Below, piece after piece: positions 33,368 to 45,191 of a stretch of 57,082 bases of DNA (position 1 is the stretch's first letter; every line of letters starts with the position of its first letter). The notes under the pieces are model-generated. The model saw only the letters and a program-made list of their open reading frames with translations. It ran no database searches and had not been told where the DNA came from. The stretch spans positions 136,731,397 through 136,788,478 of the forward strand of contig NC_068981.1 in the NCBI RefSeq assembly GCF_001194135.2, in the 5' to 3' direction. A program made the position numbers and the translations under genes. This DNA is from Octopus bimaculoides. Its lineage: Eukaryota.

Positions 33368-34566
33368 AACAACAAACAAGATGAGGANNNNNNNNNNTAG
33401 TAGCACGCGCTCTTAACCACTACGCCATATGCCCGTGCGGGCATATGGCGTAGTGGTTAAGAGCGCGTGCTACTAACCCCAAGATTCCAAGTTCGATTCC
33501 AGGCAGTGACTTGAATAACAACAACAACAACATTGAAAAATACCTTAGGAATGAGAACCTAGGTTCGAAATTTCCCCAGGACACCTGAAGAAGGCTGGAG
33601 AGTATATCAGCCAAAACGTTAACAACAAACAAGATGAGGACAAATATCCGTCAAATGTAAATAATGTAAATAATGTACATAATTCTCTCAGATATAGAAC
33701 TGTAATATCAAAAGAATATCTTTTAATACAGCGCAACTCATTAGCATTCTTAAAGAGCAATAAGAATATAAGCAAGAATGGAAAACAAAATTCAAATGTT
33801 TTAATGCAGGTACATTTATGTATTATCCGCTTTCATGTTTTGTATATTCGTACTGGAATTGATACTATATAGGAATATGCCTATGACGCGAAGTGTTTTA
33901 ATTTTTTTAATTTGATAAAGGGACCTGACTTTAGAAATTTGTTCTCCATTCTTGCATATATATATATATATATATATATATAAATTGTAATTCTTCGAAA
34001 CATATGTCGGAAATAAAAGTATGCAGTTAAAATATGCGTTTTACTCCATTCATTAANNNNNNNNNNNNNNNNNNNNNNNNNNNNNNNNNNNNNNNNNNNN
34101 NNNNNNNNNNNNNNNNNNNNNNNNNNNNNNNNNNNNNNNNNNNNNNNNNNNNNNNNNNNNNNNNNNNNNNNNNNNNNNNNNNNNNNNNNNNNNNNNNNNN
34201 NNNNNNNNNNNNNNNNNNNNNNNNNNNNNNNNNNNNNNNNNNNNNNNNNNNNNNNNNNNNNNNNNNNNNNNNNNNNNNNNNNNNNNNNNNNNNNNNNNNN
34301 NNNNNNNNNNNNNNNNNNNNNNNNNNNNNNNNNNNNNNNNNNNNNNNNNNNNNNNNNNNNNNNNNNNNNNNNNNNNNNNNNNNNNNNNNNNNNNNNNNNN
34401 NNNNNNNNNNNNNNNNNNNNNNNNNNNNNNNNNNNNNNNNNNNNNNNNNNNNNNNNNNNNNNNNNNNNNNNNNNNNNNNNNNNNNNNNNNNNNNNNNNNN
34501 NNNNATCTATATATACATGTAGATGAAGTTATGTACATACATGTACATATATATATGCATATACTC

Positions 34567-34608
<42 letters not shown>

Positions 34609-34644
34609 CAGGAAGGGAGACAGAGCGCACGATCCTTTGTGATC

Positions 34645-35036
34645 GTATGGTAAGAAGCTTGCTTCCCAACCACGTGGTTCTGAGTATAGTTCATTACGTC
34701 GCACCTTGGGCAAATGTCGTCTGCTATAGCCTCGGGCCGACCAAAGCCTTGCGAGTGGATTTAAGAAAGAAGCCCGTCGAATAAATACTCTATGCATACA
34801 TACATACATACATACATACATGTACAAGTGTTTGTGTTGTTCCACCACCAACACCACCGCTTGACAACCGGTGTTGGTGTCTTTATAATCTCCGTAACTT
34901 AGCGGTCCGGCAAAAAGGAAACGATAGAATAAGTAACAGGCTTAAAAAAGAACTGGGGTCGGTTCATCAGACTAAAAATTCAAGACGGTGCCCCAGCATG
35001 GTCGTAGTCTAATGACCGAAACAAGTAAATAGTAAA
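34645..35036 (+). mobile_element. SINE family A
   Basis: Head through tail recognisable. Confidence 0.8.
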
Positions 35037-35064
35037 AGCTACCATTTCAAAAGATGCATGTTTT

Positions 35065-35410
35065 TCTTTTGTTTCAGTCATTGGACTACGACACCCATAC
35101 TGGTGCACCACCTTGGAAATTTAATCGAAAAATTTAACTCTAGTACTTAGTTTTTAAATCTGGTACTTATTCTATCGGTCTGTTTTGCCGAACCGCTAAG
35201 TTACTGGTGCGTAAACACGCCAGCACCGATTGTCAAGCAATGGTACGGGTTACAAACACAAATACACACACAGAACACGACGGATTTCCACAGTTTCCGT
35301 CTACCAAATCTACTTACACGGGCATTGGTCAGCTCAGGGCTATAATAAAAGACACTTGTCCAAGATGGTCGAGCAGCAGGACTGAACATGAAAATCACTG
35401 ATTCGCAGCC
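35065..35410 (-). mobile_element. SINE family A (tail-to-tail with the previous copy)
   Basis: Reverse-complement copy ~30 bp from the + copy. Confidence 0.8.
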
Positions 35411-35450
35411 AATGTGCAGAAAAGGAAGGATCCCTATCTGTTTGCCTGTC

Positions 35451-35506
<56 letters not shown>

Positions 35507-36212
35507 CTTCCTTTTCGGCAGATTGGCTGTGAGCGAACGAGAAGCGGAGAGAGAGAGAGAGGTTTTCGGTTACAGATCTATTCGATCTTCTCAAAACACA
35601 ATCACCACCGAAAAATATTGGTTCTTCAAGGATCATCACTCGGGTTTCATTTCAAAATAATGACAGCTGTTAAATTACCCATCCTTCATTACAGCTAATT
35701 AATATGAAGCGTAACAGGGTAGAAAATTGATTTTTGTTTCTTGTTATTCCGAAATATGAAGAAGATCCTACAAGTGAAAGGTGTCAACTGTCTCAAACAA
35801 CTTGTATTTATTTTTTAAATGTTGTAGTTTACCTTTGTTTACGTTTGTTTTATATCATACTTGCTTTATACTTATTTTGTTATTCGTCTGACGATAATAA
35901 GAACGTAACGATAAAACTCCCGTCTGTAATAAATCGTGTCCATTATTCTGCTTCGCGTGTATATTTGTTCGTGTGGGTTGAATAAAAAGAAGGAAACCAA
36001 AGAAAAATATATAAATATGAGAGTGACAGAGGGGTGGGGGTAGAAAGAAAGGACGAGAAAAAGTCGGAAAGAGCGAGAGATAAAGAAAAGGCATGATAGA
36101 AAGAGAGAAGGCATGACAGAAAGATATATTATAGAGAGGTACGTGTAGAAAATAGTAAGAGCGAGAGACTAAAAAGTGAGGCAGAAGAGAGAGAAATAGA
36201 TAGAGAGGGGTG

Positions 36213-36243
<31 letters not shown>

Positions 36244-36455
36244 TAATGCTTTATGAAAAAGGAAAACTAGTGTTGAATGTAAGAGGAGAATAGGAAAACC
36301 GGTAGGACTGGAGAAGAAATATATAGAAAGAAGGTTTTAAAAGACACTAATTTATTATTATCTGTTATCATTAACAGAATAATGGGACGAGCAATTGAGG
36401 TTTAGTAAACGACGTGAAAGACGGTCACACGCATATAGATATTTATTTCTTGAGT

Positions 36456-36823
36456 TCTTTTACTTCTTTCAGTCATTTGACTGCGGCCATGCTGGAGCAC
36501 CGCCTTTAGTCGGGCAAATTGACCCCCAGGACTTGTTCTTTGTAAGCTTGGTACTTATTCTATCGGTCTCTCTTTTGCCGAACCGCTAAGTTACGGGGAC
36601 GTAAACGCACCAGCATCGGTTGTCAAGCGATGTTGGGGGTGGGGGAAGGACAAACACACGCACACACATACACACATATGCGACGGGCTTCATTCAGTTT
36701 CCGTCTACCAAATCCACTCACAAGGCTTTGGTCGGCCCGAAGTTATAGTAGAAGACACTTGCCCACTGAACCCGGAACCATGTGGCTGGTAAGCAATCTA
36801 CTTACCACATAGCCACTCCTGCG
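36456..36823 (-). mobile_element. SINE family A, full length
   Basis: Well-conserved reverse-complement copy. Confidence 0.9.
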
Positions 36824-37438
36824 TTGTATTTTTTTTATCTATTTGTTNNNNNNNNNNNNNNNNNNNNNNNNNNNNNNNNNNNNNNNNNNNNNNNNNNNNN
36901 NNNNNNNNNNNNNNNNNNNNNNNNNNNNNNNNNNNNNNNNNNNNNNNNNNNNNNNNNNNNNNNNNNNNNNNNNNNNNNNNNNNNNNNNNNNNNNNNNNNN
37001 NNNNNNNNNNNNNNNNNNNNNNNNNNNNNNNNNNNNNNNNNNNNNNNNNNNNNNNNNNNNNNNNNNNNNNNNNNNNNNNNNNNNNNNNNNNNNNNNNNNN
37101 NNNNNNNNNNNNNNNNNNNNNNNNNNNNNNNNNNNNNNNNNNNNNNNNNNNNNNNNNNNNNNNNNNNNNNNNNNNNNNNNNNNNNNNNNNNNNNNNNNNN
37201 NNNNNNNNNNNNNNNNNNNNNNNNNNNNNNNNNNNNNNNNNNNNNNNNNNNNNNNNNNNNNNNNNNNNNNNNNNNNNNNNNNNNNNNNNNNNNNNNNNNN
37301 NNNNNNNNNNNNNNNNNNNNNNNNNNNNNNNNNNNNNNNNNNNNNNNNNNNNNNNNNNNNNNNNNNNNNNNNNNNNNNNNNNNNNNNNNNNNNNNNNNNN
37401 NNNNNNNNNNNNNNNNNNNNNNNNNNNNNNNNNNNNNN

Positions 37439-37705
37439 ACAAAGTGTGTATGCATGTGACCAAGGACCATACGTGAACTCGTATTTCAATGGAAACTCAG
37501 AACATGAGCTCTACACCTTAAGAGCGAATGATGACTACGGCTTCGGTGTCCACGCTATCCGACGCGCTTGCTCGCCATTACAGCCTCGACTGCGGCCGAC
37601 CGTCGGATGTGGTCAGCGTTTCGTGAGGAACGTGGTGAATTCGGTGGTCGGAGCCGGCTCGACCCACCCCGGGTGAATGCCGCCACAAGTACAAGTAACT
37701 AAGTA
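37439..37705 (+). mobile_element. RTE-clade LINE 3' end (5' part lost in the gap)
   Basis: With one frameshift it reads ...AADRRMWSA/FVRNVVNSVVGAGSTHPG*, followed by (CAAGTA)n. This matches the DR..W..FVR.VVN...AGST.PG* RTE C-terminus. Confidence 0.75.
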
Positions 37706-37832
37706 GGGACACTGGGCCAGGCTTGCTAAAATAACACACGACCTATATACTGCGCATGTAGACAAGAACTAGAAAGATTTGTAAAAAAAAAGTAAAATAA
37801 AACCTTTCTCAGAGAGGATAGTATGCTCCACC

Positions 37833-37982
37833 CACTAGCGTACTTGGGGCGGGGTCGATAGGGACAGTCCACCCCGGGCGGCACTTTTGTGTCTGCTGTA
37901 GGCAATATGTGTTTTTTGTGGGGTCCAGGGGCGGCAAACGGAAGGACCGTCCCGTGCGGCACACACTCTAGCTACGCTAGTG
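37833..37982. mobile_element. hAT-like MITE (150 bp)
   Basis: GCTCCACC|CACTAGCGTA ... TACGCTAGTG|GCTCCACT: perfect 10-bp TIR and 7/8 8-bp TSD. Confidence 0.85.
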
Positions 37983-38160
37983 GCTCCACTCCTCGAAATC
38001 GTAGGTCCATGCCAGTTGGTCTAGTTGCTTGTTTCTGCTCTAACCTGAATATCATTCAAACCATTGGTTGGTATAGGAAGATTGTGTGTTCTACCCGAAG
38101 AAGCCCTTTAGTTTGTTCCTAACCACCAGACATTATTTCAGTACAGCCAACACAGGCTTA

Positions 38161-38246
38161 TACAGTAGGCCCAAAAGTGCCGCATCCATAAAAATCGTCA
38201 CCTGAGGTAGACCGCCCCTTCACCAGCTCCTCCAGCTACGTTACTG
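38161..38246 (-). mobile_element. Partial third copy of the 150-bp hAT-like MITE
   Basis: Reverse complement CAGTAACGTAGCTGGAGG...GCGGCACTTTTGGGCCTACTGT aligns to 20876-20960. Confidence 0.65.
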
Positions 38247-38680
38247 GTTCAAACATGCAATTGAACTCTGCTGATATGCAGTCTGTTCACTTAACAGTTC
38301 AGCAAAAGACTGCCGATTAAGTAAGTGTGAGGTTTAAAACCCTTCAAGGCTATGCCTCAGTATGACCGTAGTTCAATGAACTAATACCAATATGGGAGTT
38401 ATTCTGGTTGTTGTTTAGCCCCATTCAGCCCTAATGAATCAGACCTATGATCAGAGATGATCTAGCTGTGCCCACCCCGTATTTTTCCTCTGTGCAGGGT
38501 ACCCAAAATCACATTCTCTAATGTGTCTTTTAGTAAGACAGTAATGTTTGATTTGAGAAATGTTGGGCTACCATTTCTAGCAGGTTGTGGGAGACGACGT
38601 AACAGATCGACCGGCTAAAGGTAGCAACCGAATCTCATTTAAATCACACATTAGTATTTGAAAGAGAGTACGATACAGTA

Positions 38681-39049
38681 GAGGCGCAATGGCCCAGTGG
38701 TTAGGGCAGCGGACTAGCGGTTTCGATTCCCGGACCGGGCGTTGTGAGTGTTTATTGAGCGAAAACACCAAAAGCTCCACAAGGCTCTGGCAGGGGATGG
38801 TGGCGAACCCTGCTGTACTCTTTCACCACAACTTTCTCTCACTCTTCTTGTTTCTGTTGTGCCTGTAATTCAAAGGGTCAGCCTTGTCACACTGTGTCAC
38901 GCTGAATATCCCCGAGAACTACGTTAAGGGTACACGTGTCTGTGGAGTGCTCAGCCACTTGCACGTTAATTTCACGAGCAGGCTGTTCCGTTGATCGGAT
39001 CAACTGGAACCCTCGACGTCGTAAGCGACGGAGTGCCAACAACAACAAC
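38681..39049 (+). mobile_element. SINE family C with tail X and (AAC)n end
   Basis: Near-identical to 3119-3498. Confidence 0.9.
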
Positions 39050-39529
39050 GACGACACAGTGGAAAATGTCGTCTGGGAGTACACCATGCCGAAGAAAACG
39101 TGATGGCCACAGCTAGAATGCTTTTCATCCGGAATTTGCTTGATCATAGCTGACCTAACTACAAAATGCACGGAGGGTTAATGAGGTAGTCACAAGCTAG
39201 TCGCTCGAATAGCAAGAAATAACAACCAAAACACAATCAGCCGTTTAAGAAAAGGAAGTAGCATACATAAGTTAATTTAGTCCTACACGTTGCTAAAAAG
39301 ACGGGATTGTCACGACAAGAATGTCATTTATTATAGGTCAGATGAACTGAAGTTAACAATTATAGATATGAAAAGAGACTTTATAGGTGTTAACAACAGG
39401 GTGTGTTCAGATTTTCATAAAATACAATATTTACGAGTTTGTATTGTTGTTTTAACTCCAAGTCAGTCCTTAAGCAAGCAAGCAATTCACCACTCTAAAT
39501 AATAATAATAATAGTAATAATAATAATAA

Positions 39530-39775
39530 TGGTTTCAAATTTTGCCACAAGGGCAGCATTTTGGGGGACGGGATGATGAGCCGATTACATCGACCCAATG
39601 TTTAACTGGTACTTACTTTTTCTACTCTAGGCACAAGGCTCGAAATTTTGGGGGAGAGGACCATCGATTAGATCGACCCCAGTATACTACTGGTACTTAT
39701 TTTATCGACCCCAAAAGGATGAAAGGTAAAGTCGTCCTCGATGGAATTTGAACTGAGAACGTACCAACGGGCGAA
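39530..39775 (-). mobile_element. SINE family B with duplicated tail
   Basis: Two successive CACAAGG...ATCGACCC tail units, then the body. Confidence 0.75.
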
Positions 39776-39937
39776 AGGATCTAGTTTTTTTTTCATTCGC
39801 AAAATATGCATTTTTTAAAAGGAAGTAAAAAATCTGAAAATTGGCTATAATAATGTAGCCTTCCAGTCTCATTGCTGTGAAGGTATGATGTTGTGGAGAA
39901 AAAATTGGGGAAAAAAGTCACAGAGGTTTAAAAATCG

Positions 39938-39973
<36 letters not shown>

Positions 39974-40104
39974 CTATTTTTAGCCAATAGCGAGACAGAA
40001 ATTTTCTGCGTTTAGCGGAGTGGTGTCAACTTTAAGGTTGTACCTTGTGGAATTTATAGTTTAGCGTTTGACCTGTTCATTGTAAGTTTCTAAATAAGCA
40101 GAAA

Positions 40105-40702
40105 TCTATACATATAAATTTGACATGGGCGATTCTTTCTTGTCTTGGAATTCACGATCAAACGGCTGGGTGGAATTGCGTGAAAAATTACACAGATGTG
40201 TAGAATGATTCGGTGGTGATGCTGGGCTTTGTATTTTTTTCATAGGAAGGGGTGATAGATGAATAAGGAAGTATAATCTACTATAATAATACTCTCGTGT
40301 TTATGAATGAGAAAGGAAGGGGTGATGTCATACTTGGTAGTGAGATGATGAAAATTGTACGCTGAAAAAATAAACCAAACAGCGTTTCAACTCTGTGTGA
40401 ATATGTGTGTGTATATAAAAGGGAGGTATGTGAATGTATGTTTGTGTGTGCGTGTATGCGTTTGTGTGCGCGCGCGCAATGTAAGTGGGATGGTTCATCT
40501 TTGTTCGCTTAGTATTTGGGTTTATGTTTTGATTTGGATGAATCTTGGGGTTTTTTTTGTTGTTGGTCAGCTATTTTTAGCGTTTTGACAGAAAAAAGTC
40601 ATTCCAATATTGTTTTTTTTTACGTAAGCGTGCCCAAACAAGTCGAATGCTTACACAGATCATCATCCAAACCGACCGGGTGAAACCGGGCTTAGCTGCT
40701 AG
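40105..40702 (+). mobile_element. Non-autonomous Helitron (598 bp)
   Basis: A|TCTATACATATAAA 5' end, subterminal GC hairpin CCGG-GTGAAA-CCGG, and CTAG|T 3' end ~10 nt later. Inserted between A and T with no TSD. Confidence 0.75.
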
Positions 40703-41444
40703 TAACTAATAAAATCAACACGTATCATCTTACTGTTTCTTTTGTCTCTTCATTGATTGTATGTTTTTATCATTTTTAAAAGTTTGTTATATTAATACAT
40801 CTGTCTGCATGTGTTTACTTTGTGCGTACTTCAGTATCAATCATGTATACCTGCCATGTATTTATGTACATCATTAATATATAAGTACATGTGTGAGTGT
40901 GAAAAGGGAGCGTCTGTCTCTAAAACTCCAAAGTTGAGTAACGTTTTCATGCTTGGATTTGTAAACTACAATAAGAATAACACTGGTCAACAAAGAATTT
41001 GTCCCAAGGAAAAGAATACCTGTATCTTGTATGTTTTTGCATGCANNNNNNNNNNAGAATTTGTCCCAAGGAAAAGAATACCTGTATCTTGTATGTTTTT
41101 GCATGCAGAATTCAAAAGTAATGTCAAATTATCTGTATCACCCACAGTTTCTCTGTTCCATGATATCTCTCTCAGTTCCATGATATCCCTCTCAGTTTCT
41201 GTTATGTGGGCTAAATTTCAGTGAAGCTGTTGAAATGTGAAGCTAACGGTTTAAGAGATACTCCTAATTTAAATTTTAATGAATAGCATCAACCTAGTGA
41301 AATCATAAATCCAGCTATCTGAGTCAATGAGTCCCAAAAATATATGAAATGAAAAATATGTAAAAGTACTAAGCAATCTGAGTAAAATTTAGAGGGGCTC
41401 ATTTTGCGAATGAGAAAGACTAGATGATTGAGAAAGACAAGATC

Positions 41445-41509
41445 CAGGCGAAATACCGCTAAGCATTTCGTCCAGCGCGCTAACGATTCTGCTAGCTCAC
41501 CGCTTAATA

Positions 41510-41542
<33 letters not shown>

Positions 41543-41720
41543 CCTTTTCACTAAAGGCACAAGGCTTGAAATTTGGGGAAAAGGGAAAGTCGATTACATC
41601 AACCCCAGTTTTTTTACCCCGAAACGATGAAAGGCAAAGTTGACCTCAACGTAAAGACGGACGAAATGCCGTTAAGCATTTTGCCCAGCGTGCTAACGAT
41701 TCTGCCAGCTCATCGCCATA
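41445..41720 (-). mobile_element. Two SINE family B copies separated by (TAA)n
   Basis: CTAACGATTCTGC(T/C)AGCTCA head ends at ~41505 and ~41715. Confidence 0.8.
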
Positions 41721-41761
41721 ATAATAATGATGATGATGATGGTGATGATTTNNNNNNNNNN

Positions 41762-42325
41762 CATTCGCTCTAACTATTTTTGCCACAAATAATGGTGATT
41801 TCTTTTGTCACGCACTCGTCAGATAAGGAGGACATAACAAAAATTTGTGGGAGAAAGAAGGCGTCTGACATAAAATCGAGTGGGAAAAAAAAGGTGAGAG
41901 GAAATTAGATGAAAAGTATATATAGTGTTATGGGAGAATCCTGAATGCTCTCATGTGACTGAATGTGGACTGATTTCAATAAGAACTGAGTGAACTGTCG
42001 GTGGGTGGTTGAACAGTGAATCGCGTTCGTGTTTGGCGTTAATCGCAAAAAGCTTGTTCAAACGGAGTTGTGTCAATTGTGGGTTGAGGTTAAGTTGAAG
42101 TAATTGTTTGAATTTGTATCGGTGTTCATTTGAACGCTTTTGTCAACTGTTCTGTGCTGCCTTGAAGCGGCTGGCATGGTGATGTGTGAGGATTGCGATT
42201 CTTCGGGGCTGTCTTCTTCGGAGGAGGGGCTGGTGGGGGCAGTTGGTGGGGCGGAATGGACGGAAGAATGAACAGGAGGAGGAGCTACTCAAGTGCCATG
42301 GAGGTGGAGAGTGGGGAGGTCGACC
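41762..42325 (-). other. GC-richer unique segment, possible retroelement relic
   Basis: Pro/Ser-rich minus-strand frames broken by single stops (e.g. APPTAPTSPSSEEDSPEESQSS...). Flanked by gaps; family not recognised. Confidence 0.3.
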
Positions 42326-43724
42326 NNNNNNNNNNNNNNNNNNNNNNNNNNNNNNNNNNNNNNNNNNNNNNNNNNNNNNNNNNNNNNNNNNNNNNNNNNN
42401 NNNNNNNNNNNNNNNNNNNNNNNNNNNNNNNNNNNNNNNNNNNNNNNNNNNNNNNNNNNNNNNNNNNNNNNNNNNNNNNNNNNNNNNNNNNNNNNNNNNN
42501 NNNNNNNNNNNNNNNNNNNNNNNNNNNNNNNNNNNNNNNNNNNNNNNNNNNNNNNNNNNNNNNNNNNNNNNNNNNNNNNNNNNNNNNNNNNNNNNNNNNN
42601 NNNNNNNNNNNNNNNNNNNNNNNNNNNNNNNNNNNNNNNNNNNNNNNNNNNNNNNNNNNNNNNNNNNNNNNNNNNNNNNNNNNNNNNNNNNNNNNNNNNN
42701 NNNNNNNNNNNNNNNNNNNNNNNNNNNNNNNNNNNNNNNNNNNNNNNNNNNNNNNNNNNNNNNNNNNNNNNNNNNNNNNNNNNNNNNNNNNNNNNNNNNN
42801 NNNNNNNNNNNNNNNNNNNNNNNNNNNNNNNNNNNNNNNNNNNNNNNNNNNNNNNNNNNNNNNNNNNNNNNNNNNNNNNNNNNNNNNNNNNNNNNNNNNN
42901 NNNNNNNNNNNNNNNNNNNNNNNNNNNNNNCCACCGCCACCACCCAGTATTTGACCGGTACTTTGTAATTAACCCGGGAGGATAAAGGACAAAGTTGACC
43001 TCGGTGGCATTAGAACTCAATGTAAAAAGCTGCAACTAAATACTGCAAGGACATTTTGTCCGACGCCCTACTGATTCTGTTAACTGCGGTGAGACTTGAA
43101 CTCAGAGCGTAGAGAATAATATCACAAGACATTTTCTCTGACGTTCTACTGACTCTGCCAAGAGTGACAGGTGAGAAGACGTTATAAGGACATGTTACAG
43201 CAAGTAAGGAGAAGTTGATATATAGATGCTGAATGAAATGAAAAATGATATGATACACACTCGTGATGTCCCCCTTCATCTATATCCAGTGGTTAATAAA
43301 ACAAATTATTACCATTATTGTTATTATCGAACAACTTGCAGATATAATTGCTACTAGCTGAAAGTTCCGCATACCGGAGACTAGTAAGTTTATAGGGACA
43401 CCAGGAGAAAACGCGCGCCGATTCGGAACCCTGCTTTCTATGGCATTATTGCCTCACTGAAATGAGGCCTCACTTGCTTGATCAACTGGTTATTAGGCGC
43501 CACTCAGTATTCTTCAACCACTGTTCATCATCTCTTTTTAACCAAATAACTACCAAATGGAGGAGCTAATATTAATATTCCTCTCTACTATATGCATATA
43601 GTAGAGAGAAATTTACATCGACCCTTGTATTCAATCGGGACTTTTATCGAATTCGAAAGGATGAAGGGTAAAGTGCGCCTCCGCAGAATTTGAACTCAGT
43701 AGAAAGAATTATTATTTATTATTT

Positions 43725-43963
43725 TCTCTATGGGCGCAAAGCTTGAAATTTTGAGGAAGGGGGCTAGTCGAAATGAGTACCAGTATTTTGTTAGTACTTA
43801 TTTCATCGACCCCGAAAGGATGAAAAGCAAAGTCGACCTCGGCGGAATTTGAACTCAGAACGTAAAGACAGACGAAATACCGCTAAGCATTTCGCCCGGC
43901 GTGCTAACGTTTCTTATTTCTTTATTGCCCACAAGGGGCTAAACATAGAGGGGACAAACAAGG
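43725..43963 (-). mobile_element. SINE family B joined directly to the tail of a next unit at a gap edge
   Basis: ...CGTGCTAACGTTTC|TTATTTCTTTATTGCCCACAAGGGGCTAAAC..., followed by a 400-N gap. Confidence 0.7.
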
Positions 43964-45152
43964 NNNNNNNNNNNNNNNNNNNNNNNNNNNNNNNNNNNNN
44001 NNNNNNNNNNNNNNNNNNNNNNNNNNNNNNNNNNNNNNNNNNNNNNNNNNNNNNNNNNNNNNNNNNNNNNNNNNNNNNNNNNNNNNNNNNNNNNNNNNNN
44101 NNNNNNNNNNNNNNNNNNNNNNNNNNNNNNNNNNNNNNNNNNNNNNNNNNNNNNNNNNNNNNNNNNNNNNNNNNNNNNNNNNNNNNNNNNNNNNNNNNNN
44201 NNNNNNNNNNNNNNNNNNNNNNNNNNNNNNNNNNNNNNNNNNNNNNNNNNNNNNNNNNNNNNNNNNNNNNNNNNNNNNNNNNNNNNNNNNNNNNNNNNNN
44301 NNNNNNNNNNNNNNNNNNNNNNNNNNNNNNNNNNNNNNNNNNNNNNNNNNNNNNNNNNNNNNNNNNNNNNAAGAGTTCACAAAATCATTTAGAACAGTGC
44401 AGGACGATACAATGCGGGAATGCATAAAGAAACGTGTAATTAAAAAAGAACAAGAGAAAATATATATTTCAGCAATGAAAAATTCCCCAAGTGAGGGAGA
44501 TTTCAGAGGATTACTTTTGGAAATCTCACCCACGAAAACACGGTCTCTCTGACCACTGAGGCAAACAGCCTTCTCCCTGTTAATGGTACGAAGATGATAA
44601 TAGAAATTATAAAGACAGATTCGAACAACATGGAAGTAACCGGGGACAAGAAAGCTTGTCTCGGGTTGTGGTCCGACAAAAAGCATAATTAAACCGGTTA
44701 CAAAACATCAATATCGTATAACAAAATAATAATAATAATAATAATAATAATACCCCCTTCGCCATGATTCCATGAACAGTCCTGAAGAAGAAAAGGAGCG
44801 GGTGGGTTCTATGGTCGGTGGGGTGTTGTGGTGTTTACTTCCCAAGAAATCCAACAACAATAGTTCGACTGTGACGAGTAAAATCGTTGAAATTTCTTTT
44901 TTTTTTTTTAGATGTGTTCTTTTTTTTAAATATTTTTGTTTTGTCTGATTTGTTATTTTGCTTGGAATACAAAATAAATAAATAAATAAATAAAGTCAGA
45001 CCACTGGTGGTGGTCGTGGATGGGAGATTAGTTGGTTGGTACTGGACATCTCGCTACAACTGACCGATAATATTTGGATAGACGGACAAAAGAAGATAAC
45101 AATCTATCAGAGGAAATAACAAAGTGAGAACAACATATACTTACATACGCTC

Positions 45153-45191
<39 letters not shown>

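Noticed and set aside
33398-33628. Apparent tandem duplication of the palindrome/hammerhead unit
   Set aside because: It is an exact copy of sequence before a 10-N gap (33388-33397), i.e. unmerged contig overlap, most likely caused by the hairpin.
40994-41107. 52-bp direct repeat
   Set aside because: Identical sequence flanking a 10-N gap: assembly artefact.
41790-41825. CTGACGA...GAAA on the minus strand
   Set aside because: Helices I and II pair poorly; not distinguishable from chance.
44373-44552. 59-codon open frame after a gap (EFTKSFRTVQDD...)
   Set aside because: No recognisable motif or splice sites; the length is within chance.
44752-44782. Minus-strand micro-exon with ATG GCG AAG GGG|GTATTA
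   Set aside because: Donor phases (0 or 2) are incompatible with the phase-1 exon and the donor is weak.
45144-45153. Fifth phase-1 first exon (ATG AGC GTA T|GTAAGT)
   Set aside because: T+AG would create a TAG stop on joining exon 188-301, and it sits beside a microsatellite. It also shows such patterns can arise by chance.
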